Made by a program: the position numbers and the translations under genes
Notes under the pieces: model-generated
Told to the model about the DNA's origin: nothing
Databases searched by the model: none
What the model saw: only the letters and a program-made list of their open reading frames with translations
Shown: piece after piece, positions 1 through 11,991 of the stretch
Numbering within the stretch: the stretch's first letter is position 1
Layout of the letters: each line of letters starts with the position of its first letter
NCBI GenBank assembly: GCA_964016885.1
Contig: OZ024748.1
Location: 53,382,001 to 53,446,000, forward strand
Direction: 5' to 3'
DNA: 64,000 nucleotides
DNA from: Eledone cirrhosa
Lineage: Eukaryota

Positions 1-1018
1 TATGTATGTGTGTTTGTTTGTGTGTGTGTGTTTGTATGTGTGTGTGTGTGTGTGTGTGTTTGTTTGTGTTTGTATGTGTGTGTTTGTTTGTGTGTATGTG
101 TGTGTTTATTTGTATGTGTGTGTTTGTCTGTGTGTGTTTGTATGTGTGTGTGTGTGTTTGTTTGTGTGTTTGTATGTGTGTTTGTGTGTGTCTGTGTGTG
201 TGTGTGTTTGTCTGTGTGTGTTTGTATGTGTATGTGTGTGTGTGTGCTTGTTTGTGTTTGTATGTGTGTGTTTGTTTGTTTGTGTGTATGTTTGTTTGTG
301 TGTATGTGTGTGTTTGTTTGTATGTGTGTCTTTGTTTGTGTGTGTTTGTATGTGTGTGTGCGTGTTTGTTTGTGTGTGTTTGTATGTGTGTGTTTGTGTG
401 TGTATGTGTGTTTTTGTTTGTGTGTGTGTATGTGTGTGTTTGTCTGTGTGTGTGTATGTCTGTGTTTGTCTGTGTGTACATGTGTGTGTTTGTGTGTGTG
501 TGTGTCATTGTGTCTGTCTGTATATTTGTGTGTTTGTATATTTGTCTGTGTGTGTGTGTCATTGTCTGTGTTTGTGTGTACATGTGTGTTTGTGTGTGTG
601 TGTGTGTGCATGTGTGTGTTTGTGTGTGTGCATGTGTGTGTTTGTCTCTGTGTGTGTGTGTCATTGTGTCTGTCTGTGTATATTTGTCTCTGTGTGTATG
701 TGTGTATGTGTGTTTGTTTGTGTGTGTGTGTGTGTGTTTGTTTGTGTGTGTGTGTATGTGTGTGTGTGTCATTGTGTGTGTTTGTTTGTCTGTGTGTGTG
801 TGTGTGTTTGTGTGTTTGTGTGTTTGTCTGTGTGTCATTGTGTCTGTCTCTGTATATTTGTGTGTCTATGTGTGTGTTTGTGTGTTTGTGAGTGTCATTG
901 TGTCTGTCTCTGTGTGTCTGTGTGTGGGTCACTGACTGTATATGTGTGTGTGTGTATGTGTGTATTTGTGGGTGTCATTGTGTCTGTCTCTGTGTGTGTC
1001 TATGTGTGGGTCACTGAC

Positions 1019-1055
<37 letters not shown>

Positions 1056-1270
1056 GTGTCTCTATATTTCTGCATGCATGTGTGTGTCTGTATGTGTCTG
1101 TGTGTGTGTGTCTGTTTACATCTGTGTACGTATGTGTTTGTGTGTGTGAGTGTATTTGTGGGTATGTGTTTGCATTTGTGTGCGTATGTATGGATGTGTT
1201 TGTATAAGTATACGTGTGTGTGGATGTGTGATTGTATGAGCGTGTGGAGATGTATGGGTGTGTATGTGTG
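1..1270. repeat. Degenerate (TG)n/(TGTT)/(TATG) microsatellite array
   Basis: Sequence is almost entirely TG dinucleotides with TT/TA/TC interruptions; it produces the spurious Cys/Val ORFs. Confidence 0.97.
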
Positions 1271-1774
1271 CGGGAGCAGGGGTATGCCTGTCTATGTCTG
1301 TCATATGAAGAGCATGTTGTTTTGTTTGTTACTTTCAGTTCTTCATCATCATCATCATCGTCATCATCATCATCATCATCACCACCCCCATTATATGTAT
1401 ATTTTTCATGCTTGCATGGGTTAGACAGGTTGTCAAATTCTGAAGTTAGACAAGTCAGATGATTGCCTCTTACTCATACCTTCCATTCTGTCATGGTCTC
1501 TGGGGCTGGGTTCCCTTCCTAATAGCAACTACTTCACAGTGTGTTTCAGGTACATTTTAACATTAACAGCACTTTGACCTGAAAGGGTAGACTGGATACA
1601 TTTTATCATGGCAACAGCAATACCATCTTAAAGGGTGGGCTGTGCTTTTTTACCATGGTACCTGTAGTGTGGACTAGTTGATTTTAATCATGGTTCCCAC
1701 ACTACTTCTTTATATGGAGGGCTGGGTGCTTTTTACCGTGACACAAGTACCTTATAGGGGGGACCAGTTGCATT

Positions 1775-2810
1775 TTATTGTGGCAGCAGCACCACTACTT
1801 TACATGGAGTGCTGGATGCTTATTGTGGCACACACACTACTATGTTAGATGGAGGGCTGGATGCTTATTGTGGCACACACACTACTACCTTACATGGAGG
1901 GCTGGATGCTTATTGTGGCACACACACTACTACCTTACATGGAGGGCTGGATGCTTATTGTGGCACACACACTACTACCTTACATGGAGGGCTTGATGTT
2001 TATTGTGGCACACACACTACTACCTTACATGGAGGGCTGGATGTTTATTGTGGCACACACACTACTACCTTACATGGAGGGCTGGATGCTTATTGTGGCA
2101 CACACACTACTACCTTACATGGAGGGCTGGATGCTTATTGTGGCACACACACTACTACCTTACATGGAGGGCTGGATGCTTATTGTGGCACACACACTAC
2201 TACCTTACATGGAGGGCTGGATGTTTATTGTGGCACACACACTACTACCTTACATGGAGGGCTTGATGTTTATTGTGGCACACACACTACTACCTTACAT
2301 GGAGGGCTGGATGTTTATTGTGGCACACACACTACTACCTTACATGGAGGGCTGGATGCTTATTGTGGCACACACACTACTACCTTACATGGAGGGCTGG
2401 ATGCTTATTGTGGCACACACACTACTACCTTACATGGAGGGCTGGATGCTTATTGTGGCACACACACTACTACCTTACATGGAGGGCTGGATGCTTATTG
2501 TGGCACACACACTACTACCTTACATAGAGGGCTGGATGCTTATTGTGGCACACACACTACTACCTTACATGGAGGGCTGGATGCTTATTGTGGCACACAC
2601 ACTACTACCTTACATGGAGGGCTGGATGTTTATTGTGGCACACACACACTACTACTTTACAAGGAGGGCTGGATGCTCTTTCAAGGAGAGCTGGGTGCTT
2701 TGTATCGCAGCAACAGCACTATTACTTTACCTGGAGGGCTGGATGCTTTTTATTGTGGTACCAGCACTACTACTTTACATGAAGGGCTGGGTGCTTTTTA
2801 TTGTGGCACC
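1775..2810. repeat. 45-bp minisatellite, about 19 near-identical units plus degenerate flanking units
   Basis: Unit CTTACATGGAGGGCTGGATGCTTATTGTGGCACACACACTACTAC repeats with period 45 (lines repeat every 180 nt). Confidence 0.97.
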
Positions 2811-2906
2811 ATAGTCTCTTCATGATGTTGTTGTTGTGGTGATGGTTTTGTTGCTATCTAGTCACCACCATCCCTACCACCAACACTACCACTTCTGAGT
2901 CAGTCT

Positions 2907-3076
2907 CAGTGCTGGATTTAGGGCAAATGAGGCCCTGTGCTAGTTAAGTTATGAGGACCCTTACTTAGGCCCTGAAGAAGGTAAAAAATTATTTTAGCAA
3001 GAAAAGGGACTTCCCCTCCTGGCCAAAGGAGCCCTGTGCTTAAGCACACCTAAGCACAACAGTAAATTCAGCACTG
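2907..3076. mobile_element. hAT-superfamily MITE with 8-bp target site duplication
   Basis: TIRs CAGTGCTGGATTTA ... TAAATTCAGCACTG; identical 8-mer GTCAGTCT at 2899-2906 and 3077-3084, the TSD length characteristic of hAT. Confidence 0.9.
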
Positions 3077-3521
3077 GTCAGTCTTCATTGAGCAGAGATG
3101 CCCATATCATGAAATGCATTCCAGTCATGACCATGATGTTTTATTTTGTGGCATAGAATATCTTGGATTACATTATCCTATGTAACCTTTCTTTTCTTAC
3201 AGTATTTTCAACTAATTTTGAAAATAATCCAGCACTTGGAAGGATTTAGTAATATAACTAAAAATCTTATGTCTGCTATTTGGAGCATAACAAAGTTTCT
3301 TTAGTAAAATTATAATGCAAAACTTTTAGATTAATTTAAACACTTGAAAATAAACAGCTTTGTATCATAGAGCCTGGTGTGGTTTTAGATGATATGGAAT
3401 CAAAAGTGTTAAGATGATAGTGTGTGTTTTGAGGGAGGGTTTCCTTGGTCCAATTTGATGGGTTCCATCCCACTCAGTGAGCAAATGTAGTATCGGGTCT
3501 TTTTGATTGATTTGATATATA

Positions 3522-3900
3522 TATGTGAAATAAAGTGTCTTGCTCAAGGAAACAACACATCACCCAGTTCAATTCTCGGACCGGGTGATGTGTTGTTTCC
3601 TTGAGCAAGACACTTTATTTCGCATAGCTCCAGTTTACTCAGCTGTAGAAATGAGTTGATAGGACTGAGGTCCCTATCATTCCACTGCAAAGTGGTTGTG
3701 GAGGTGCCATGGCAAAAAAGCATCCAGCACTCACTGTAAATGAGGTTGGTGTTAGGAAGGGCATCCAGCTGTAGAAATAAAACCAGAATCAGTTCTTGTA
3801 TGAGCAAGACAAGGTCAGCCGACCGGACACTGCCCACAACAGGACAATCCGTCTAACCCATGCTAGCGTGGAAGAACGAACGTAAACCGGTGATGATGAA
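3522..3900 (+). mobile_element. SINE family A copy with truncated head and a 5' inverted duplication
   Basis: Body matches other family A copies (GGGTGATGTGTTGTTTCCTTGAGCAAGACACTTTATTTC...AGGAAGGGCATCCAGCTGTAGAAA...GATGATGA); 3522-3565 is the reverse complement of 3583-3626. Confidence 0.88.
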
Positions 3901-4434
3901 TATGATAGGCTAGGTGTGTGTTTGTAAAACAAGATTCTACATATATGACTTCCTTTGCCAAATCGGAAGGCATCCTGCCTAAGAAAGGAGCTTTATGAGA
4001 TGGAAGGGTTGATGTAGCAGGTATTGCTGACCATCCTTATTTTGCCCACAGATATAACTGGAATATGTTATTCCAATCAAGAGTGTATAGTTTATTCCTT
4101 CCCCTTTCCACCCCCAGACCACCACCACCACCATCATCTTCTTCATTTTGCCTTGCTTTCATTCATTGTCTTCACTTCATTAATTTTCCTGAGTTTATTA
4201 TTACCAAATCTGTGACGAACATGTTCTCTCTTCTCCCTCAATAATTTCAATGGTTTATATTTTTTAACAAAATCTTACTTTCTTCTTCTTGTCGTTTTCC
4301 TTCCCTTTTCTTTTGTCTTTCTTTACTTTCTTTGTTTCAGTCTCACAAGACTACTGTTGCTATAAAAATTACAATACCTTCTCCTAGGCATCACATAAAA
4401 TTCTGTGTACATGTTATGGCTTTATTGCTATAAG

Positions 4435-4558
4435 TTATTGTTTTGTGTTGTCTTTAACTCCACTGACAGTGCTTTGGCTTGTATCGGATGCTGTTACTCC
4501 GGCTGGACCAGTAGTACTGTGCATAGGGTATGAAACTGCCAGAAGTTCATCTCGATGG
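4435..4558 (-). CDS. Speculative terminal coding exon (HRDELLAVSYPMHSTTGPAGVTASDTSQSTVSGVKDNTKQ*)
   Basis: Minus-strand TCTTCAG acceptor at 4559-4565, 40 open codons to TAA (4435-4437), AATAAA at 4421-4426. No recognisable homology; it overlaps a competing plus-strand hairpin. Confidence 0.25.
4457..4529 (+). ncRNA. Candidate pre-miRNA-like hairpin of unknown family
   Basis: ACAGUGCUUUGG...UCGGA pairs with UCCGG...CCAGUAGUACUGU using G:U pairs that work only on +; 9-nt loop; basal ACUC/GGGU pairing; CNNC (CUGC) at 4536-4539. Confidence 0.3.
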
Positions 4559-4716
4559 CTGAAGATCACGGAATTCTATGTCGTCTTTTGTTAGTTTTAT
4601 TTTTTTTAAATTAAGCTTTCCTCTTCAAAGAAGTTTCTTTTTGCCTTATTTTCGTCCATTTTTCTTTTCACTTTGTTAATTTTCCCAAGTTTATTATAAA
4701 TGTATCGTTTCGTTTT

Positions 4717-5041
4717 CATTTTATGTCCACTTTTCCCTGCTTGCAAGGGTGGGACGGGAAGTGATTCTGGCTTGATTTCTACAGCTGGATGCCCTTCCTA
4801 ACACCAACCTCATTTACAGTGAGTGCTGGGTGCTTTTTTGCTGTGGCACCTACACGACCACTTTGTAGTGGAATGATAGGGACCCCAGTCCCTATCATCT
4901 CATTTCTACAGCTGAGTAAACTGGAGCAATGTGAAATAAAGTGTCTTGCTCAAGGAAACAACACATCACCCGGTCTGAGAATTGAACTCACAACCTTTCG
5001 ATTGCAAAGCCAATGCTCTAACCACTAAGCCATGTGCCTCC
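4717..5041 (-). mobile_element. tRNA-derived SINE family A, full length
   Basis: Reverse complement of 5196-5533; pol III box A TGGCTTAGTGG and box B GAGTTCAATTC on the minus strand. Confidence 0.93.
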
Positions 5042-5195
5042 TAGATATATATATATATATATATTAGCAATTGGAAAGACCAATATAAACTGTTTCTTCG
5101 GTCTGATTTGATGAGCTCCATCCCACTTGTTAAGCAAATGAGGTCTGAGATCTTGCTGATCGACTGTTGATATATATATAAACATATACATATAT

Positions 5196-5533
5196 GGAGG
5201 CACATGGCTTAGTGGTTAGAGCATTGGCCTTGCAATCGAAAGGTTGTGAGTTCAATTCTCAGACCGGGTGATGTGTTGTTTCCTTGAGCAAGACACTTTA
5301 TTTCACATTGCTCCAGTTTACTCAGCTGTAGAAATGAGATGATAGGGACAGGGGTCCCTATCATTCCACTGCAAAGTGGTCGTGGAGGTGTCACGGCAAA
5401 AAAGCACCCAGCACTCACTGTAAATGAGGTTGGTGTTAGGAAGGGCATCCAGCTGTAGAAATCAAGCCAGAATCAGTTCTCGTCCCACCCTTGCAAGCAG
5501 GGAAAAGTGGACGTAAAATGAAATGATGATGAT
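5196..5533 (+). mobile_element. tRNA-derived SINE family A, full length
   Basis: GGAGGCACATGGCTTAGTGGTTAGAGCA (box A), GAGTTCAATTC (box B), CCTTGAGCAAGACAC central block, RTE-like tail ending GGACGTAAAATG..(ATG)n. Confidence 0.93.
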
Positions 5534-5794
5534 ATATGTATATACATATATGATGATTTCCTTTGAATGAAACAGTTCTAGTCCTGTAGAAGCCATTTCT
5601 ATAATATATATATATATATATCTATCATCACAAACATACTCCATTTTCTGGTGTATCACCCAATTATCCGTAGGGGACCTTGAGCCAATCATCTATGAAA
5701 TGATTATAACATGTGGATAATCAATAAAAACATGTGAATGAAATTTCATCAGTTTGTCGTAATTATATATATATACATGATGATAATGATATAT

Positions 5795-6122
5795 ATCATC
5801 ATCATCATCATCATCATTTTCCCTGCTTGCAAGGGTGGGACGGAAACTGATTCTGGCTTGATTTCTACAGCTGGATGCCCTTCCTAACACCAACCTCATT
5901 TACAGTGAGTGCTGGGTGCTTTTTTGGTGTGGCACCTCCACGACCACTTTGCAGTGGTATGTTAGGGACCCCAGTCCCTATCATCTCATTTCTACAGCTG
6001 AGTAAACTGGAGCAATGTGAAATAAAGTGTCTTGCTCAAGGAAACAACACATCACCCGGTCTGAGAACTCATAACCTTTCGATTGCAAAGCCAATGCTCT
6101 AACCACTAAGCCATGTGCCTCC
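5795..6122 (-). mobile_element. SINE family A, full length
   Basis: Near-identical to 4717-5041, with an (ATC)n tail at 5795-5816 and a small deletion in box B. Confidence 0.92.
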
Positions 6123-6370
6123 ATATATACATACAAACTCTTATTGAGTCCTCTTTGGATTTTGGTCTTTGTATTTATTAGTACCACTTTATATATATAT
6201 GTGTGTGTGTGTGTGTAGGTATACAAGTTATCATTGTCAGTTACTCTAGTTCTCAAATTAGAGTCACTCTTATTGAGGTCTGTCTCTTGAAATAAATCCT
6301 ACTGTATTGTGTAAATCTTTATCTATCTAGCTATGTATCTAACTATATATATATATACATATATATATAT

Positions 6371-6433
<63 letters not shown>

Positions 6434-6560
6434 GTAAAATAAGAAAATTATAGTAATTAGCTTACTAAGACAAAACCTATATATTTGCTTGCATAGGTAT
6501 ACATCTGTATATATATGTTGGTAGATATACTAATTCTTTATATATATATATATATATATA

Positions 6561-6595
<35 letters not shown>

Positions 6596-6789
6596 CAGAT
6601 GTGTTATGATTAACACAGAGTCCATGTGCAATAAATACATGTTTCTAAGGATACAGAAACTGTGTCAAGTGGTTCAAGTAATTAACATAGAGATTTGAAT
6701 ACAGGAATCCAATATAAATATAATAATTAGGTATTTTTGATGAGAGCTGTATAAGAGAGTGGGGGGGGGTAAACCAGGCCATCAGACTT

Positions 6790-9105
6790 GACCACCGCTA
6801 CCTTCATCACCATGACTGTCACCACCTTTACCACTCCCACCACCATCATCACCACCATGACTGTCACCACCTTTACCACTCCCACCAACACCTTCACCAC
6901 CACCACCACCACCATCACCATGACTGTCACCACCTTTACCACTCCCACCACCATCATCACCACCATGACTGTCACCACCTTTACCACTCCCACCAACACC
7001 TTCACCACCACCACCACCACCATCACCATGACTGTCACCACCTTTACCACTCCCACCACCATCATCACCACCATGACTGTCACCACCTTTACCACTCCCA
7101 CCAACACCTTCACCACCACCACCACCACCATCACCATGACTGTCACCACCTTTACCACTCCCACCACCACCACCATCATCACCATGACTGTCACCACCTT
7201 TACCACTCCCACCACCATCATCACCATGACTGTCACCACCTTTACCACTCCCACCAACACCTTCACCACCACCACCACCACCACCATCACCATGACTGTC
7301 ACCACCTTTACCACTCCCACCACCACCACCATCACCACCATGACTGTCACCACCTTTACCACTCCCACCACCACCACCATGACTGTCACCACCTTTACCA
7401 CTCCCACTACCACCACCATCATCACCATGACTGTCACCACCTTTACCACTCCCACCACCATCATCACCATGACTGTCACCACCTTTACCACTCCCACCAC
7501 CATCATCACCATGACTGTCACCACCTTTACCACTCCCACCACCATCATCACCATGACTGTCACCACCTTTACCACTCCCACCAACACCTTCACCACCACC
7601 ACCACCACCATCACCATGACTATCACCACCTTCACCACTCCCACCAACACCTTCACCACCACAACCACCACCACCACCATCATCACCATGACTGTCACCA
7701 CCTTCACCACTGCCACCACCACAACCACCACCACCACCATCATCACCATGACTGTCACCACCTTCACCACTCCCACCAACACCTTCACCACCACAACCAC
7801 CACCACCACCACCATCATCACCATGACTGTCACCGCCTTCATTAATACCATCAACATGACCACCTTCACCACCACCACCACCATGAACCATCACCACCAT
7901 CAACATGACCACCTTCACCACCACCACCACCATGAACCACCACCACTACCACCAACACCATTACAATCACAATCACCACCACCACCACTACAATTAGGAT
8001 CACAACCATCACTACCATCATCATCACTACCACCACCACCACCACCAACACCACCACCACCACCACCACCACCACCAACACCACCACCACCACCACCATC
8101 ACCACCACCAACACCACCACCACCACCACCATCACCACCACCAACACCACCACCCCCACCATCACCACCACCACCACCACCACCACCACCCCACCACACC
8201 ACCACCACCAACACCACCACCAACACCACCACCACCACCACACCACCACCACCACCACCATCACCACCACCACCACCACCACACCACCACCACCAACACC
8301 ATCACCAACACCACCACCACCACCACACCACCACCACCACCACCATCACCACCACCACCACCACCACACCACCACCACCAACACCACCACCAACACCACC
8401 ACCACCACCACCACCACCACCATCACCACCACCACCACCACCACCACCACCACCACCATCACTACCACCACCACCACCACCACCAACACCACCACCACCA
8501 CCACCACCAACACCACCACCACCACCAGACACACCACCACCACCACCACCACCACCACCACCACCACCACCACCACCACCAGACACACCACCACCACCAC
8601 ACCACCACAACCACCGCCACCACCACCAACACCACCACCACCACCACCAACACCACCACCACCACCACACACCACCACCACCACCAACACCACCACCACC
8701 ACCACACACCACCACCACCACCATCACCACCACCACCACCACCACCACCACACCACCACCACCACCACCACCACCAACACCACCACCACCACCACCACAC
8801 CACCACCACCACCACCATCACCACCACCACCACCACCGCCACCACCACCACCACCACCATCACCATGACTGTCACCACCTTCACCACTGCCACCACCACC
8901 ACCACACCACCACCACCACCAACACCACCACCACCACCACCACCACCACCACCACCACCACACCACCACCATCACCACCACCACCACCACCACCACACCA
9001 CCACACCACCACCACCACCACCACCACCACCACCACCACCACCACACCACCACACCACCACCACCACCACCACCACCACCAACACCACCACCACCACCAC
9101 CACAC
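6790..9105. repeat. (CAC)n-based compound array, with a variable ACCATGACTGTCACCACCTTTACCACTCCC unit at 6800-7930 and nearly pure CAC after about 8020
   Basis: Directly visible periodicity; source of the 777-aa Thr/Pro/His ORF. Confidence 0.96.
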
Positions 9106-9432
9106 TAGAGACAATCCTTAACATATAATACCACAATTGTTTTCATTAAATAAATCAGATCTCAGGTAAAAACTAAAGAACAAAATAAATAAAAAGATAA
9201 AACAAAAAATGAAAACAAAGATAAACAAAACAAAAAATTAATTAAAAAACACAAAGAAACAAAAAAAAACAAGAAAAACAACAACAACAATGTAAAACAA
9301 AAACAACAACAGTAAAATAACAGTGTAGACCTTTCAAACCACCACTGGTAACTTAGCAACACAATCCAAAATCTTATCAGCTATACCATTTATCACCTTA
9401 TATCAGAATATCAATGTTGATGATGATGATAT

Positions 9433-9920
9433 AGGTGGTGGTGGTGGTAGTGGTTGTGGTGGTGGCAGGGTGGGGTGGAGTGGTGTGTGTGTGTGGGGGG
9501 GCTTGTGATGGTGGCAGTGGTGGTCGTGGTGGTGGTGGTGGTGGTGGTGATGGTGGCAGTGGTGGTGGTGGTGGCAGGGTGGGGGTGGAGTGGGGGGGGG
9601 CTTGTGATGGTGGCAGTGGTGGTCGTGGTGGTGGTGGTGGTGGTGGCAGTGGTGGTGGTGGTGGTGGCAGTGGTGGTGGTGGTGTTGGTGGTTGGATGGT
9701 GGTGGTGGTGGTGAGGTGGTGGTGGTGGTGTTGTTGTTGGTGCTGTTGTTGCTGTTGTTGTTGTTGCTGTTGTTGTTGTTGTTGCTGTTGTGTTGGTGTT
9801 GTTGTTGTTGCTGTGGCTGTTGTTGTTGTTGTTGTCGTCGTGGTCGTTGTTGTTACTGTTGCTGCCGCTGCTGTTGCTGTTGTTGTTGGTGATGTTGTTA
9901 GTGATGTTGTTGTTGTTGTT
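9433..9920. repeat. (GTG)n/(TTG)n microsatellite array
   Basis: Directly visible; complementary in composition to the upstream CAC array. Confidence 0.95.
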
Positions 9921-10069
9921 TAGCCCTCCCCACCCATGTAGGCTCTGCCCTACTAGATCTATGATCAAAGACATTCTATCCATGACCATCCAGTTTTAAA
10001 ATGATGATCAAAGTATCAAGTATGTTTTTTTTTTATTTTTTAAGATTGTAGCACATGCCATCCTGTATA

Positions 10070-10605
10070 GAAGTAGTGCTGGTGCTATGACAAAAAGCAC
10101 CCAGTCCACCCTGCATGGTGGCAGTGCTGGTGCTACGACAAAAAGCACCCAGTCCACCCTGCATGGTGGCAGTGCTGGTGCTACGACAAAAAGCACCCAG
10201 TCCACCCTGCATGGTGGCAGTGCTGGTGCTACGACAAAAAGCACCCAGTCCACCCTGCATGGTGGCAGTGCTGGTGCTATGACAAAAAGCACCCAGCCCA
10301 CTCTGTATGGTGCTAATGCTGATGCTATGAAAAAAAGCACCTGGTCCACTCTGTATTGTGGTAATGCAGATACAACAACAAAAAGCACCCAGTCCACCCT
10401 GCATGGTGGTAGTGCTGGTGCTATGACAAAAAGCACCCAGCCCACTCTGTATAGTGCTAATGCTGATGCTATGAAAAAAAGCACCTGGTCCACTCTGTAT
10501 TGTGGTAATGCAGATGCAACAACAAAAAGCACCCAGTCCACCCTGTATGGAAGTAGTGCTGGTACTATAACATAAAGCACCTAGTCCACCTTGTATAGTG
10601 GTAGT
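10070..10605. repeat. Approximately 48-49-bp minisatellite
   Basis: Unit GACAAAAAGCACCCAGTCCACCCTGCATGGTGGCAGTGCTGGTGCTAC repeated about 11 times with a three-unit higher-order duplication. Confidence 0.93.
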
Positions 10606-10963
10606 GTGTTGGCAGCAGTGGCAGTCTGTTATAGTTAGAGGTTATAATGTTTTGTTACTGACGAGAAAATTGTAGGATGTGATTTGAGGAAAATGTGTCT
10701 ACCATTTCTAGCAAGCTGTCTGAGTATATCGAGGCTCTATTGTTAACACAATGTGCTAGGAAGTGGGGTTTGGGAGAAAGATATAATCAATCAAAATAAA
10801 AACCTTACTCCAATGCCTTTCTCTAATGATTTGAATATTTAAAGACCTGATCAACCCATAACATGGGAAAAGGGACTATTTGGGAAAGAAAAAATTAAGG
10901 AAACCTTGTATTTAAAAAACATGAATATATGAGTAGAGATTATAAATGTGTATATAGTGAATG

Positions 10964-11000
<37 letters not shown>

Positions 11001-11031
11001 TATAAGTATTAATAAAATAGATGTTATTTTG

Positions 11032-11101
11032 ATCAATTACATTTTATTATACATATTTCGGATGTACAACAGTACGTCCTCATCAGACAAAATATAATGA
11101 T
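11032..11101 (-). ncRNA. Type I minimal hammerhead ribozyme (inverted copy)
   Basis: Exact reverse complement of the hammerhead at 11922-11991. Confidence 0.85.
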
Positions 11102-11921
11102 ACATGACATACCCTGAGATGTTAAATAGTTAAGATTTAATCAAGGTAGTGATTAACCCAATAGAAAATTTTACTTTTATCCTATCTTTGTGAAAGTGCG
11201 AAAACGTAATAAATGCATTAGAGAATGTGTGAGTAAGAAAAAACTTTGCATACTGTAAGTGTTATAAAATTTTAAGGTGTATGATACTACAATATATCTA
11301 GGAAAAATGAATCATAACAACCAGTGATAGCCACTGGAAAAAGATTTATAAGGAGGGAAAAATAAAGTGTTATTTAAATATTTATAACAATAAGTACTTC
11401 AAAAGCTTTACATACCTAATAATATGTTGGTATTATTGTTAAAGTTTAGATTTAGGTAAATAATCAACAGTATAATATTTCATTCTTTATGTGCCAGCTA
11501 AATCCTTTAAATGTTATTCTCATACTTATCGAGTTTATATATATAATATATAAATAACTAGCAAATAATCCTGAAATCTGGAGTCTTCACCTTAATATTA
11601 TAAATTAAATATTTTCAAATCTAACCGTTTAACTCCCCCCCCCCCCACACTTTATTTTTCCCTCCTTATAAATCTTTTTCCAGTGGCTATCACTGGCTGT
11701 TATGATCCATGAGACGTTTTCCTAGATATATTGTAGTATCATACACCTTAAAATTGTATAACACTTACAGTATGCAACGTTTTTTCTTACTCACACATTC
11801 TCTAATGAATTTATTACGTTTTCGCCCTTTCACAAAGATAGGATAAAAGTAAAATTTTCTATTGGGTTAATCACTACTTTGATTAAATCTTAACCATTTA
11901 ACATCTCAGGGTATGTCATGT

Positions 11922-11991
11922 ATCATTATATTTTGTCTGATGAGGACGTACTGTTGTACATCCGAAATATGTATAATAAAATGTAATTGAT
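11922..11991 (+). ncRNA. Type I minimal hammerhead ribozyme
   Basis: Stem I 5' AUCAUUAUAUUUUGU, core CUGAUGA (11937-11943), stem II GGACGUAC-UGUU-GUACAUCC, GAAA (11964-11967), short quasi-palindromic stem III AUAUGUAU, AUA cleavage triplet ending at 11975, stem I 3' AUAAAAUGUAAUUGAU. Confidence 0.88.

Noticed and set aside
2-1207. 401-aa Cys/Val ORF and overlapping ORFs
   Set aside because: Translation of (TG)n; open in all frames only because the repeat lacks stops.
1775-2810. Possible CRISPR array or 15-aa repeat protein
   Set aside because: Units are contiguous with no unique spacers, the context is eukaryotic, and the unit derives from a SINE segment.
4789-5028. Recurrent 79-aa ORF MPFLTPTSFTVSAGCFF... 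(also at 5209, 5875, 21724, 27935, 33672)
   Set aside because: Antisense translation of SINE A, not a gene family.
5196-5270. tRNA gene
   Set aside because: Box A/B head continues into a SINE body and tail; no complete cloverleaf or pol III terminator.
6788-9121. 777-aa mucin/extensin-like ORF and the Gly-rich antisense ORF
   Set aside because: CAC microsatellite with frame-shifting indels, no signal peptide or splice support.
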